Under the pieces are notes generated by a model that ran no database searches, was not told the DNA's origin, and was given only the letters and a program-made list of their open reading frames with translations. DNA of 64,000 nucleotides, from positions 62,133-126,132 of the forward strand of contig QPMI01000164.1 of the NCBI GenBank assembly GCA_004431415.1, given 5' to 3'. This DNA comes from Cyanophora paradoxa CCMP329 (taxonomy: Eukaryota > Plantae > Glaucophyta). Shown piece after piece: positions 48,753 through 60,068 of this stretch (positions within the stretch are counted from its first letter, which is position 1; every line of letters begins with the position of its first letter). Made by a program: the position numbers and the translations under genes.

Positions 48753-49163
48753 AGCGCTTCTCGGAGCACGCCGGCGGGCCGCGCGTCACGCCTTCGCGAA
48801 ACTTCGAAGGCGCAGCCGATCAATTTTCTTTCTCTCGCTTCAAGCTTCGCATGCCTTAGACCAAACAGACAGCTTTTATGTGCACGATTCCCTACCTTCG
48901 TTTCATCGCCAGGTGCAGTGTTCGCTCCAGTCTGGCTGTATCCTATGCTGGTTTTCGCTTTGTTTGCATTCGCGTGCATATATAGTTTTGTATTCTCGGC
49001 TTGTATGTCGTGTCCAGTAGATTTGTGTGCATTGTAGTACATGGGTGAACATATGTTTGCATATTGATCCTGCAGGTCTCGGCCAGGCCGACGCGCGGGG
49101 AATCTAGACGGCTTGGGGCATGCAGCAGCGGCGGCGCTGCGGCGCTCCGAGCTTGAGGGGGGC

Positions 49164-50481
49164 CTAGCTCCGCTTCTTGCAATTGAGCTTTCCCGGCCCT
49201 TGGGCTTGACGCTGAGCCGTGTGGCCGGCGCCTCGGCGGGGCTCGATCGTCCGTTCCTCCTCTGCGAGGCGAACGGGCCGGCGGCGCAGAGCGAGGAGAG
49301 GACGCGCAGGCGAGGAGGGTCTCGGCGCGGTCGCCGCCGAATGTGAAGGCGGCGAAGACGCGGATGCCCGCCGCGAGCCCCTCCGCCTCCAGCGCTGCCG
49401 TCCCGTCGCGCGCCGCGCGGCGCCCTGGCGCCGGCGGGCGCGGGGCGGCGCGCCGGTGATGTGGAGGCGGCGGGCAGCCGGCCCCTCGACGACCTGCACT
49501 CCGCCCGCCGGCGTGGCCACCGCCTGCATCGCCCGCGGGGCCGGCACCAGCGCGCAGCCCGCCGCCGCCGTCGCCGCCGAGCAACCGCCCGCCGGCGGGT
49601 GCTGCGCCGAGGCGGCTCGCGAGGCGGCAGCGCGAGGGACGGCGCCTGGGACGCACTGGCGCGTGCGCGAAGTGGAAGTCTCGGATGACCGGCGGGCCGT
49701 CAGCTGCGGCGGCGGCGGCGAGGCCGGCGGCGGCAGCGCGGCCTTCGGCGGGAGCCGCTCCAGCGCCACTCTAAGCTCGCCGACCTGCGGCGGCGCGGCC
49801 TTCGCGATCAGCCGCGGCCGCGATGCGACCTGCAGCCACAGCGGCCGCGCCGCACCTGCCGCTCGCCGCGGAGGTCCCACAGCGTCGCCGTCGCTGCGAT
49901 CGGCTCCGCCCGCGCCGAGCGCGGCAGCGCGAAGGTGGCCTGCGCGCGGAGCGCAGTCGTCACGGGCTGGGTGGGCTGGAGGCAGACCGCGCCCCGCGGC
50001 ATGGGCGAGCACCGATCCGAGGAAGAATTCGACGACACCAGCCCACATGACGTCCCGCATTTCAGTCATCAGCTCCGGCGCGCCCTGCGCGTTCTGCTTG
50101 GCCCCTGTGTCTCCGTTTGAATCCGCGTCCGGGTGCGTAGCGGGCGAAGAAGGCTCCTCGCTGCGATGTAGAGTTGAGCTCCTTTCTGTTGTGATTCCGT
50201 CGCGCGGCGGCGCACGGCGGCAGCGGGAGCTCCAGCGCATCGCCCCAGGCCGGCTCCGTCCCGCTCGCATCTCCGGTCGACACGCTGTGTTTCCCGAGCA
50301 CCAGCCTCACGTGCGGACGGATCTGCGGCGCGCTGAGGCGCGCGTACGCGCGGGGAAAGGCATCGGGGACGTTGCGGAAGGGCGCGACGGGCACGAGCCC
50401 TCGAGCGTCAATTACTACCGACACCGCGTCAGTTGCGACTCGCGAGCCTCAGCGCCCTCGCGCACCGCGTACGCGAAGCAT
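49164..50481 (-). CDS. Hypothetical protein with N-terminal C2-like domain
   Basis: Spliced start MLRVR|VIDARGL...PRAYARL...GTEPAWGDALELPL resembles C2 strands. The 3' end is uncertain. Confidence 0.45.
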
Positions 50482-50702
50482 TCGGGGGACGGGGGCAGAA
50501 GTTGAGGTGGGGGAATTAGCTCGCGGGGGCTACCGGTGCGAATGATCATGCGCACGTGCGGAGCGTGGGCCCGTGCGGCGTGGCGGCTTCACACGGACGC
50601 GTGCAGGCCGAACGACCTCCCGCTCGCCTCGCCTCTGCTCTCATTCGCATCTTTGCTCTCCGCCTTCCCGCAGTCCTCCTCCGCTCTCAACCCTAGCGCA
50701 CC

Positions 50703-51368
50703 ATGGCGGCGTTCTTCTTCCCCTCGCCCGTGCCCGTGCCCGTCCCGGTGCCGGTGCCTGTGCCGAACCCGTGGATCCGGCGCGGCGTTGCCTCGTCCTC
50801 GACGAGCCCTGCGCCGCTGCGCTCGAGCTTCGCAGGGCGGCAGCTGCGGCCGCAGCCGGCGCAGAGTTTCGAGCCTGCCAGTCCGATCCGCCGGGTGAGA
50901 AACGCGCTTTTCTATCTATCTTCATGTTCGTTGCTTACGCCCGCGGTGCGCAGTTCGAGGCGGTTGAGGCGAAGGCGCCGCGGCGGGCGCCGGTCGACCC
51001 GGAGGCGATCCCGCCGATCTCGCAGGCAATCCCGACGCGGCTGAACATCAATCCGGCGGGGACCGGCCGGTTCGGCTTCGGCAGCAACTCGGAGCTGTGG
51101 AATGGGCGGCTGGCGATGCTCGGGCTCGTGGCGGGCCTCGGTCAGGAGGCGGTCACGGGCCAGGGCATCTTCGCGCAGATTGGCCTCGACCGGTGCGGGG
51201 CGCCGGCTGCTGCGCATGATCGGCGCAGGCGGTTGCTGACGGGCCGGGGCGCGCAGGCCGCTCGACAAGCTGCTGGTGCTGCTCGCGCTGCTCGGCGTCT
51301 CGGCGGCGACCTCGATCGGCTACATCGCCATCAACACCGCCGACCGCGCCCCGCAGGAGGAGCCCTGA
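50703..51368 (+). CDS. LHC-like protein (HLIP/OHP motif plus second helix; SEP-like)
   Basis: MAAFF transit peptide; GFGSNSELWNGRLAMLGL...EAVTGQGIFAQIG; second hydrophobic helix LLVLLALLGVSAATSIGYIAI; introns 50895-50953 and 51193-51256. Confidence 0.9.
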
Positions 51369-52511
51369 ACGCCCGCCCTCGGCTCGCGAGCCGGGCCCGC
51401 TCTATAGTAGCAGTAGTAATCTAGGCCGCTCAGTAGGTAGCAGTCACTGAGTAGTCGTGGGGCCTGTACACGTAGTTTACTTGCACAGTGTTGATTTTCA
51501 CGTTCGCCTTTGATTCAATGATTCGCTATGCGTCTCTCGACCTTGTTCACGCCGCTAGCGCTGTCGTGGAATGAATGATCATGATCCCATTCTGCAGAAC
51601 CGTACACCCTAACTGGCGCTTTCACAACTGCGGGGGGTGGGCCTCGGAGGAACGTTTGCATGCAGCCCCGCACGTCCTCCTTCATGACTACAGTCGTCCC
51701 TTCACATGTACAGACTCCGGGCGGGCGGCAGGCCGGCAGGGCCCGGGGGGAAGCCTGAAGGTTGGGCCCGGGGCACCAGATAAATATGGCCATGGGGGCA
51801 CGTGGCCAGAGTCCGCGGAAGGCGAGCCCGAGCTCGAGCTGCCCGGCCCGGCGCCCGGCCGGCGGCGCCGGCGGCCAGGCTATAGCTAGCTAGCACTGAA
51901 TCATTCAAGGCTTCAAGCCCCTTAGCCTAGTTAGTTAGCAGGGCTCACCGCATGTTACATGTTACTTACGAGCATGTTACATGAAGCACACTGTGACAAA
52001 TGTTACATGTTACTTACGAGCTCGAGCACTGCGGGGCAGAAAGGCTGAATCGCGATCGAAACAGCTGCCGCAGTGCCAGGCGTTAAGGCTGCAATGTCTC
52101 AGAGTCTCCAAGGCTCACTGGGGCTGGCAACCAATCAGCACATTACTGAGCCTCCGCCGGGCCGAGGCTCTTAGTCAATGAGTCATGGCATGAAAGAAAG
52201 CATTCATGTACTTATACATGCATCTAATGCGTCAAAAGCATCTGGGCGGAAATTTAAAGAGCGGAACTGGACGGATTCCGGGCGAAAAAGCATCCTACAG
52301 CTCAGCGGCTACTAGGCTAGACAAAAAAGAAGCACTTGCATTTGGCTTCTTGCTGCATGCATATGCTAGCCGATCTGTACAACGGCGCGAAGCGGGCGGC
52401 GAGTCCGCGCGCCCGCCCCTGCCTGGGCTTAGCGAGATCCGAGGGGCGTGACTGCAGAGAACCGGCGCGGCGGCCGGCGAGCGCGAAGATTGAAAGGAGG
52501 GGGGCATGTAC

Positions 52512-53887
52512 AGGCCAGCAGGGCGGGGGGCTAGAAGATGCTGACGGAAGCGGAGCGGCGGACTTTGAGGGTGGGGCCGGAGGCCGGGGGAAGCGGCGGG
52601 GGCGAAGCGTCGGCGAGGGCGGCGCGCTCGCGGGCGATGCGCCCGACGCTCGCGATGAGCGTCCCACATACCGCCCCGCGCCCCGCCCCCGCCGCCTCCT
52701 CCCGGGCAACCGGCGAGAGCAGCCACACGGGCGCCCGCCCCGCCGGCCTCGCCGGCGGCCGCTCGGAGGCCGGTGAGGAGTGGCCCGAGGCCGGCGGCCG
52801 CGCCGGCGGCAGCGCCGGCGGCCCGCGGGGGCGACGGGGACGGGCGAGATGCGGCGCGGGGGCGTCGCGAGCTGCAGGACGCCGGGGGAGGGGGGGAGGA
52901 GCCGGGGGAGGCTCCAGGAGATCGGGAGGCCGCGCCGCCCGCCGGCCCTGCGCCGCCCCTCGGTCTCGCCCTCCCGCCCCCTCTCCCGCTCGCCTCCGGC
53001 GCCCCCGACGGGGCTCGCCCGCCCGAAGCCCGGCGAAGGCCCCAGCGAGGCGAGGGGCCTCGGGCGCGGCCGCGGGGCGGGCCCGGCGCCATCGCAGGCG
53101 GGCCCAGGGCCGGGTCACGCAGGATGAGGTCGGGCAGGGAGGAGGAGCGGCCGCGCATCGGCCGCCGCGGCGCCGGCTCCGCCGCCTCACCCCGCCCCGC
53201 ACCCAGCGGTCCCGCGAAGGGTCCGACGCCGCAGCCGCCTCTCCCTGCGCCCGCCGGCGTCACGACCCGCCCCCGCGACGTGGAGGGGCGGCGGGGCCCT
53301 CCGCACCGAGCTGGAGCTCGAGGCGGCGCGGCGGGGCCGGAGGCGGGGCCGCTCGGCCCCGTCCAGGGGGACGATCTCGACGCTCACGCGGCCGTCGGCG
53401 TCGGCCCCGCCGGGCGAGGGCGGGCGGCCCTTGGGGGACGCCCCGCCCCCCGCGGGATTGGAGCTCGAGGAGGAGGAGGAGGAGGAGGCGGGGCCGGGGC
53501 CCGGGGGCAGGAGGGTGCGTGCGGCGCCGGCCCCGGGCTGGGCGGCCCCGCCGGCGCCAGCGAGGAGATCGTGGAGGAGGGTGCGCCGGATCGCCCGCTG
53601 GAAGGCGTCGACCGGCTCCGTGGTCACGACGACCACGCCCGGCGTCTCCCGCGGGTAGCCCTCCCGCCCGTCGTACTCCACCACCCGCACGCTCACCTGC
53701 GCCCCGCGACCCGCTCATGATCAGGCCGCGTCGCCGCAGCCGCCGGCGGCCGCGCGGGGCGCACCCACGCGTTGAACTTCACGCCGCCCTTGCAGGCGGA
53801 CTTGAGCGCGCTCCCACTCCGCGTCGTCCCCAGTGACGTGGAGGACGAGGCGCGGGAGATCGAAGGAAGCGACGACGTGCGCTGCAT
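52512..53887 (-). CDS. Pro/Ser/Arg-rich hypothetical protein
   Basis: MQRTSSLPSIS...ALKSACKGGVKFNA|VSVRVVEYDG...; low-complexity remainder with apparent frame breaks. Confidence 0.5.
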
Positions 53888-54187
53888 GCCGTGCCGCCTG
53901 TAGCTACGCTGCTGTCGCCATCGACGCTTCCGGAACGGCCGCGCTGATGGGCGGCGGCCCCGCCGATCTAGACACGAGAACGAAAAGATGACATTATAGC
54001 TACAAACGCCTCCCTCGAGCCGCCTGTTGCTGAATGCGCAGGCTGCGCAGCAGCTGGCGCCTGGGCGACGTGCTTCGCAATAGCGATATCGATTCGCGAA
54101 TCGCGACACGCGCGCAGCTAGGCGCAGCAGCGCTAGCAGGCAAGTGCGTCGGACTACAGCTTAGTGAAGCGCCGCGCCTCTCCGCGA

Positions 54188-55614
54188 ATGTCACCTACCC
54201 CTCCTCAACCGGGTACAGCGTGTAAGGGCCCGCGAGGTCTCTATACGCCAGCGGGAAGAGGATAGGCAAGCTGGAGCAGGTGAGCAGACTGGAGAGAATC
54301 GGCCCGGCCGCGGCCACGCGCCGGCCGCGGTCGCGGGCTGTTGCCGACCTTCCCGCCAGGATTCGGAGAGTTTCAGCTCCTCGCTGGAGGAGGAGGAGGA
54401 GGAGGACCTCGACGATGAGGACGACGAGGGTGCGCCGCCTCCCGCTCGCGTGCTTCCTTCGCGCCTCCGATCTACCGCCGCCGGCCGCCCGAGCGTGCTT
54501 CGTGCCATTGAAGGACGAGCCCCGGAACCTCAATCGCATAGCTTCGAGCCGGCAACTGCTTAGATTGCGGAAGATGTGCTTCCTCCTTTCTCATGCGCGC
54601 TCGCCCAGTGTCCTGGATCCAGTGGTTCTGCGGCCTAAAGGGCAACGAGTTCTTCTGCGAAGTGGACGAGGACTTCATCGAAGATGGTTTCAATCTGTGC
54701 GGCCTCCGGGCGCAGGTCAACCTCTATGACGAAGCCATCGCGATGATATTAGATCGGGAGCTGCCCAGTGCGTTGCGGTCATTCATGTCTCGGTATGGCT
54801 TCTCGCGCCCCGTCGCGCGCTGATCGCGTCGTCGTCTTGCCCGCCAGATCCCAACCTCACGGATGAGCAACACCAGCTCGTCGAAGCATCAGCGGAGTTC
54901 CTTTATGGTTTGATACACGCACGATTCATTCTAACTAGCCGCGGCCTTTCCGCGATGGTGCGCGAGGCCAGTTTGTTCAGCTGTCCATTCTCTGACTGTC
55001 GGCGTGCCCCGCAGCTGGAGAAGTACAAGAATGTGGAGTTTGGCCGCTGCCCTCGCGTCTTCTGCCAGGGCCAGCCGGTGCTCCCCGTCGGTCTCTCCGA
55101 CATCCCTCGGCAAAGGACCGTCTGCGTCTTCTGCCCGCGCTGCGAGGACGTGTACTACCCGCGGTCAAGCAGGGCAGCGCGTGCGTTCCTTTCCTCTCTC
55201 TTGCACACCAGCCGCTCTTGCCCGTCCGATGCTTTGGCGTGCAGAGCTCGACGGGGCGTTCTTCGGGACAACCTTCGCGCACCTGCTGCTCATGACGTAC
55301 AACGACATGGTGGAGCCTAAACAGGCGCAGCAGAAGTACGTGCCTCGCATCTACGGATTCAAGATCCACAAGGTCCGCCAAGTCCTGCGCCCGCCGCGGC
55401 GCGCCGCCGCTGAGGGCGCCGTTTCCCCCCGCAGGAGCGCTCGGCGATAGACTCTATGCCGCCGCCGGAACCGCAGCAGGCAACCGGCGGAAACCAGTCG
55501 GCGAGCTCGCAGTCATCGCAGGACCAGGCGCAGCAGCCGGCGAGGGCCGCCAACATGCCCCCGCCCTCCCAGCCCATCGGTGCCGGCGGCGGGAAGGCCG
55601 GCGGCAAGGGCTGA
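54188..55614 (+). CDS. CKB: Casein kinase II regulatory beta subunit
   Basis: [29 protein letters not shown]; [12 protein letters not shown]; [19 protein letters not shown]; FCPRCEDVY; DGAFFGTTF; [11 protein letters not shown]. Start codon uncertain. Confidence 0.97.
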
Positions 55615-55826
55615 CCCGCCCCAGGCCGCCTCCCCCCTTTTTTTCCGTCTCAGCCACGCTCGGGGGACCGCCGCCTGTTCCCCGCCCTCTCCGACCCCCC
55701 CATTCTTCCCACCCACCCCATCGTGCCCACCCAGTCCGCTGTAGGCGTTCAATGTGCTTTGCCATCATTTAAGATAGAAAGGATACACAGGCCGCGCCGC
55801 CGCGCGCCGCCGGCCGGCCGGCCGCC

Positions 55827-58800
55827 CTAGCTCTGGGGAAAGAGTGCGAGCCAGCCTGGGGCTTCGAAGCGGGGGCCCGGGGCGCGCCGCCCAAGGAGCG
55901 GGGCGTGGAATGCCGCCCTCCTGCGCGTCGCCTGGATGGCGGCCGCGGGGGCCCTGGCCGGCACGGGCTTCGCCCCCGCCGCAGCGGGGGGCCTCGCCGC
56001 CGGCCTTGCAGTCGCGGCCGCCGGCGCCTGCGCTGCAGCCGGCTTGGCGGCGGAGGCCGGCGCCGCAGCGGGCCGCTGCGGCGGCGCGGGCGGGGCGGCT
56101 GTCGGTCGTTGCTGCGGCGGCGCGCCGGCGGGTCGCGGGCGACTCCGGGGGCGCCGGCGGGTCGCGGGGCGGCTGCGGGGGCGGGCCGGGGCGGCTGCGG
56201 CGGGGGCGCGCCGGCCGGCCGGGGCGCGGCCGCGGGGCGCGGGCCATGGCCGCAGGAGCCGCGGAAGCTGTCGGCGCGGGGCGGGTGCCGGCGCGGCGGC
56301 CGGCGCGGGGGCGAGCGCAGGCGCCGGCGCCGGCGCGGGGGCCGCCGCCGGGGCGGGCGCCGGCTGCGGCGGAGGCGCCGCGGGGCCTCGAAGGGGTCCG
56401 GGGCGGGAGCGGGGGCCAGCGGCGGCTGGCTCGGGGCCGCCTCCGCAGGGGCCGCCTGGCCCTCCGCGGGCTTGGGCGAGGGGTCCCCGCCGGGGGCCGC
56501 CTCGAGGGCCGGCGTCGGGGAGGGCGCCGGCGGGGGTGGCGGCGGCGGCTCCGGCACGAGGTTGGCGGGGGGGAAGGCGCGCGGGGGTACGGACTTGTGC
56601 GCAGCGGCCATGAACTGCCGCCACACGGGCGCGGCGAGCGTCCCGCCGTACCCCCCGAGCGGCCTGCGCCGCCTCAGAACCGAGCGGGCCGGCGCGGAGC
56701 CGAACGCGGAGCTCGAGACGGGGCGCACTTGTTGTCGTCGTTGCCAAGCCAGACGACGCAGGCGAGGTCGGGGGTGTACCCCGCGAAGAGCGCGTCCCGG
56801 CAGTTGTCCGTCGTACCCGTCTTGCCGGCCGCCGGGCGCCCGAAGCCGGCGCCCCTGCCCGTGCCACCGGAGATCACGGCCTGGAGGCAGTGGTGGAGGG
56901 CGGCGGCGGAGGAGGGCGCCGCGACGGGCCGCGGGGGCGCCGCGTGCGCCGACACGTCGTAGAGGCAGCGCCCGTCTCGGTCCTCGACGCGCGTCACCAT
57001 GTGCGTCTCCGCGCGCCGCCCGTCCGCCGCAATCGTAGCGTACGCCGCTGCCGTACGCACCACGGTCGGCTCCGGGCGGAGCGGGGCGGGGCGGGGCGGG
57101 GCGGGGCGGGGCGGGGCGCACTGGCGAGCTCGGTGATGCCGACGTCGCCCGAGCCGAGGGCCCCGCTGAGGTCCCCCGGCAGAGGCGAGAGGATCCCGAG
57201 CTCCTTCGCAAGCCGCTGCACCTGTCGCGCGCGGGGTTCGGGCACGCCGCCGCCGAGCGGGGCGGGCGGGCGGGCGGGCGGGCTGGCGGGCCTTGGCCAT
57301 GCCGACGGTGTTGGCGACGCGGACGGTGGGGACGTTGAGCGAGTTGGCGAGAGCCGCCTCGAAGGTCACACGCCCCCGGTGCTTCCGGTCCGCGTTCTGC
57401 GGCCGGTACTTCCCGAAGCTGACAGGCTCTGCGCCCCCGGCTCGCTCACTCGCTCGCGGGCGGGAGGAGGGGGGTACGCGCGCCGTCGACGACCGTGGAG
57501 AGGGGGTTGAGGCCCTCCTCGAAGGCGGCGAGGTACACCACCGGCTTGAACGTCGAGCCCGCCTGCCGCCCGCCCGCCCGCCCGCCCGCCGCCCTGAGCA
57601 CGAGGGCGCGCGGGGCGCTCGGGAGAGGCGTCGGGGACCTGGCGGCGGGACTGGGTGGCGCGGTTGTACTGGGAGCGGGCCCACGAGGTGCCGCCGACCA
57701 TCGCCCGCACGGCGCCCGTGCCGGGCTGGATCGCCACCAGCGCCGCCTGCGCGGGGGGCTTGACGCCCCGCACCGCCGCCTCCGCCGCCTCCTGCATCGG
57801 CAGGTCCTGCGCCCCGCACGCTTCGGGCGGGGGGACGGGGGCGGGGCAGGGAGGCGGCGGAAAGGAGAGGGCGGACGAGGGTGGTGCGGACGCGGAGGCC
57901 GCCCCGGAAGACGGCGTCCGAGCCGAAGGCCGAGCAGAGCTGCGCCAGCACCTGCCGCCCCCGTCCGCCGACCCTCAGAGCGGGCGGGCGGGCCGGCGGG
58001 CGGGCGAGGGGGCCGGCGCGCCTCGCTGACGAAGTAGGGGGCACGGTACGGCTCGTCCGGGTTGCCCGCGAGCTGCCGGCGTGTCAAACGGGGCGGGGCG
58101 GGGCGGGGCGGGGCGGGGCGGACGGTGATGGTGGCCTTGGCGGCGGCGGCGGCCTGGGCGGGGGAGATTTGCCCCGACGCGACCATGCGCTCCAGGGCCC
58201 GCAGCTGCTGCCGCTTGCCCAGGTCGGGGTTGCGGTACGGGGAGAAGTACTCGGGCCCGGGTATGATCCCCGCCAGCAGCGCCGCCTCGGGGAGCGTCAG
58301 CTCCCGCGCCGGCTTGTTGAAGTACTTCCGCGACGCGCTGTACCCCGGGGCCGGGTCAGATCAGATCAGATCAGGGGCGGAGGGGGGGCGAGAAGCGCGG
58401 CGGGCGGGCGGGCGGGCGGGCGCGCCTCTCGATGCCGTAGGCGCCGTGGCCCCAGTAGATGCGGTTCAGGTACATCTCCAGGATTTGCTGCGCAGGCGCG
58501 CACCGGCCCCTCAGCGGCGGAGCGGGCGGCGCGGGCGGGGCGGAGCGGGCGGGTGAGTTTGCCTTCTTGGTGAAGCGCTTCTCGAGCTGCACGGCGAGCA
58601 TGACCTCCTGCGCGCCTCCGTCAAGAGGAAGGAAGCTGCGGGGCCGGGCGGGGGCGGGGGCGGGGCGGGGCGGGGCGCGCGGTGATCTTGCGGGAGACGG
58701 AGCGGTCGAAGGAGAGGAAGAGGTTCTTCGCCAGCTGCTGCGTGATCGTCGAGCCGCCCCCGGCCCGCCCTGCGCCCGCCCGCCCCGCGCATCTGCCAAG

Positions 58801-59792
58801 GCCTGCTGCCTAGGCCTGGGGCGGGGACCCACCCCGGTAGAGGATGGCGCGGGCGAGGCCGCGGGGGTCGACGCCGACGTGGGAGTAGAAGCGCGCGTCC
58901 TCGCACGCGACGACCGCCTGCTGCAGCACGGCCGCGATCTCCCCGAGGGGCACCTGGTGCCGGTTCTGTCCCTCGTTGAGCGACGCCACGAGCGCCCCGC
59001 GGTGGTCGAAGATGAGCGTCTGGTTCGGGTTCGGCCCCTTCCGCTTCAGCAGCGCGTTCAAGTCCACCGACGACGCCTCCGCGTCCGCCCCGGGCGGCGG
59101 CGGCGGCGCCGCCAGCTGCAGCCCCTCCGTCGCCTTCGGCGCCAGGATCACGCTCGGCACGCTCGGCTTCGGCGGCGTCGCCGGCGCCGACAGCTGCTGC
59201 GGCGCCGCACTGCCCGCCGGAACCGCCGGGGCCGGCGGCGGGGGTACGCCCACGGGCGGGGCCGCCGCGGCGAGCGGGTACGGGCTTTGCTGTTGCTGCT
59301 GGAGCCTCTTGGGCTGAGGCACCGTCGCCGTGACGACGCGCGCCTTGCGGACGGCCCCGGCGGGCGCCGCGCGCGCCCCTGTGTTTCGTGCCTGCGAAGG
59401 TTCGGTGAGAGCTCGCCGAGAAGCGAAGTCGCAGGGACGTACTGGATCTCTCTTTGCATGCGGCGGCTTAACGAAGGCGCTGATCGGGAGCCTCGCGGGC
59501 GCCGTGCTGGGCCGGCCGAGTCCGAAGCGGTCCTGGAGACGGGGCGTCGGCGCGCGCGTGCGGAGAGCCGGAGGCGAACTCGCACCTGGATGCGCCTCCA
59601 GGCGCCCCAGATCGGGCCCGGGCGCTCCTCGCCGGCCTTCATTGCCCGGTTCGACCTTCGCGGGCTTCGGAGTGCGGGAGTCGAGTAGCGGTGGCTTCTC
59701 GGCGAGGGTGTAGTGCCAAGGATCGAGCCAGAGGCGCGGGGAAGAATTGCTCGACTACCCCCCCTCCCACCCCCCGTACAGCAAAAGAACAT
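55827..59792 (-). CDS. Nuclear-encoded class A penicillin-binding protein (PBP1A family; transglycosylase + transpeptidase)
   Basis: GT51 motifs EDARFYSH.GVD, GGSTITQQLAKN and ILEMYLN.IYWG; transpeptidase motifs STFK, SLN and KTG; more than 10 spliceosomal introns; Pro-rich extensions. The 3' tail has apparent frameshifts. Confidence 0.95.
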
Positions 59793-60068
59793 TGACGCGG
59801 TCCAGCGCGAACGCGGCCATCCGCGCTGCTCGACGTTGTAGCGCAGCGGGCTAGAGCATCTTGCTGCAGGGCGATACTCGCCGATCAGAAAATGCGAACG
59901 CGGTGAAACCGGCTGAACCGGCGGCAGCAGCGCGATCGAACGCTGCAGCGCCACGCCGCGAAGTTCGGTGCTGCCCAGTGATCCGGCGGCGCGCGACCCC
60001 GAAGGTGCGACTGGTCAGGCACCGATCGTCGAGCAGCAGCGGTCCCTCCGTGCAGCCGGAACGCAGAA

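Noticed and set aside
51950-52022. Repeated atgttacatgttacttacgag
   Set aside because: Short local duplication with no supportable function.
55850-56400. Programmed frameshifts in the PBP tail and other GC-rich exons
   Set aside because: Frame breaks coincide with G/C runs and are more simply explained as sequencing indels.
55827-59792. Bacterial contamination or recent HGT explaining the PBP
   Set aside because: The gene has many host-type spliceosomal introns and sits between eukaryotic genes.
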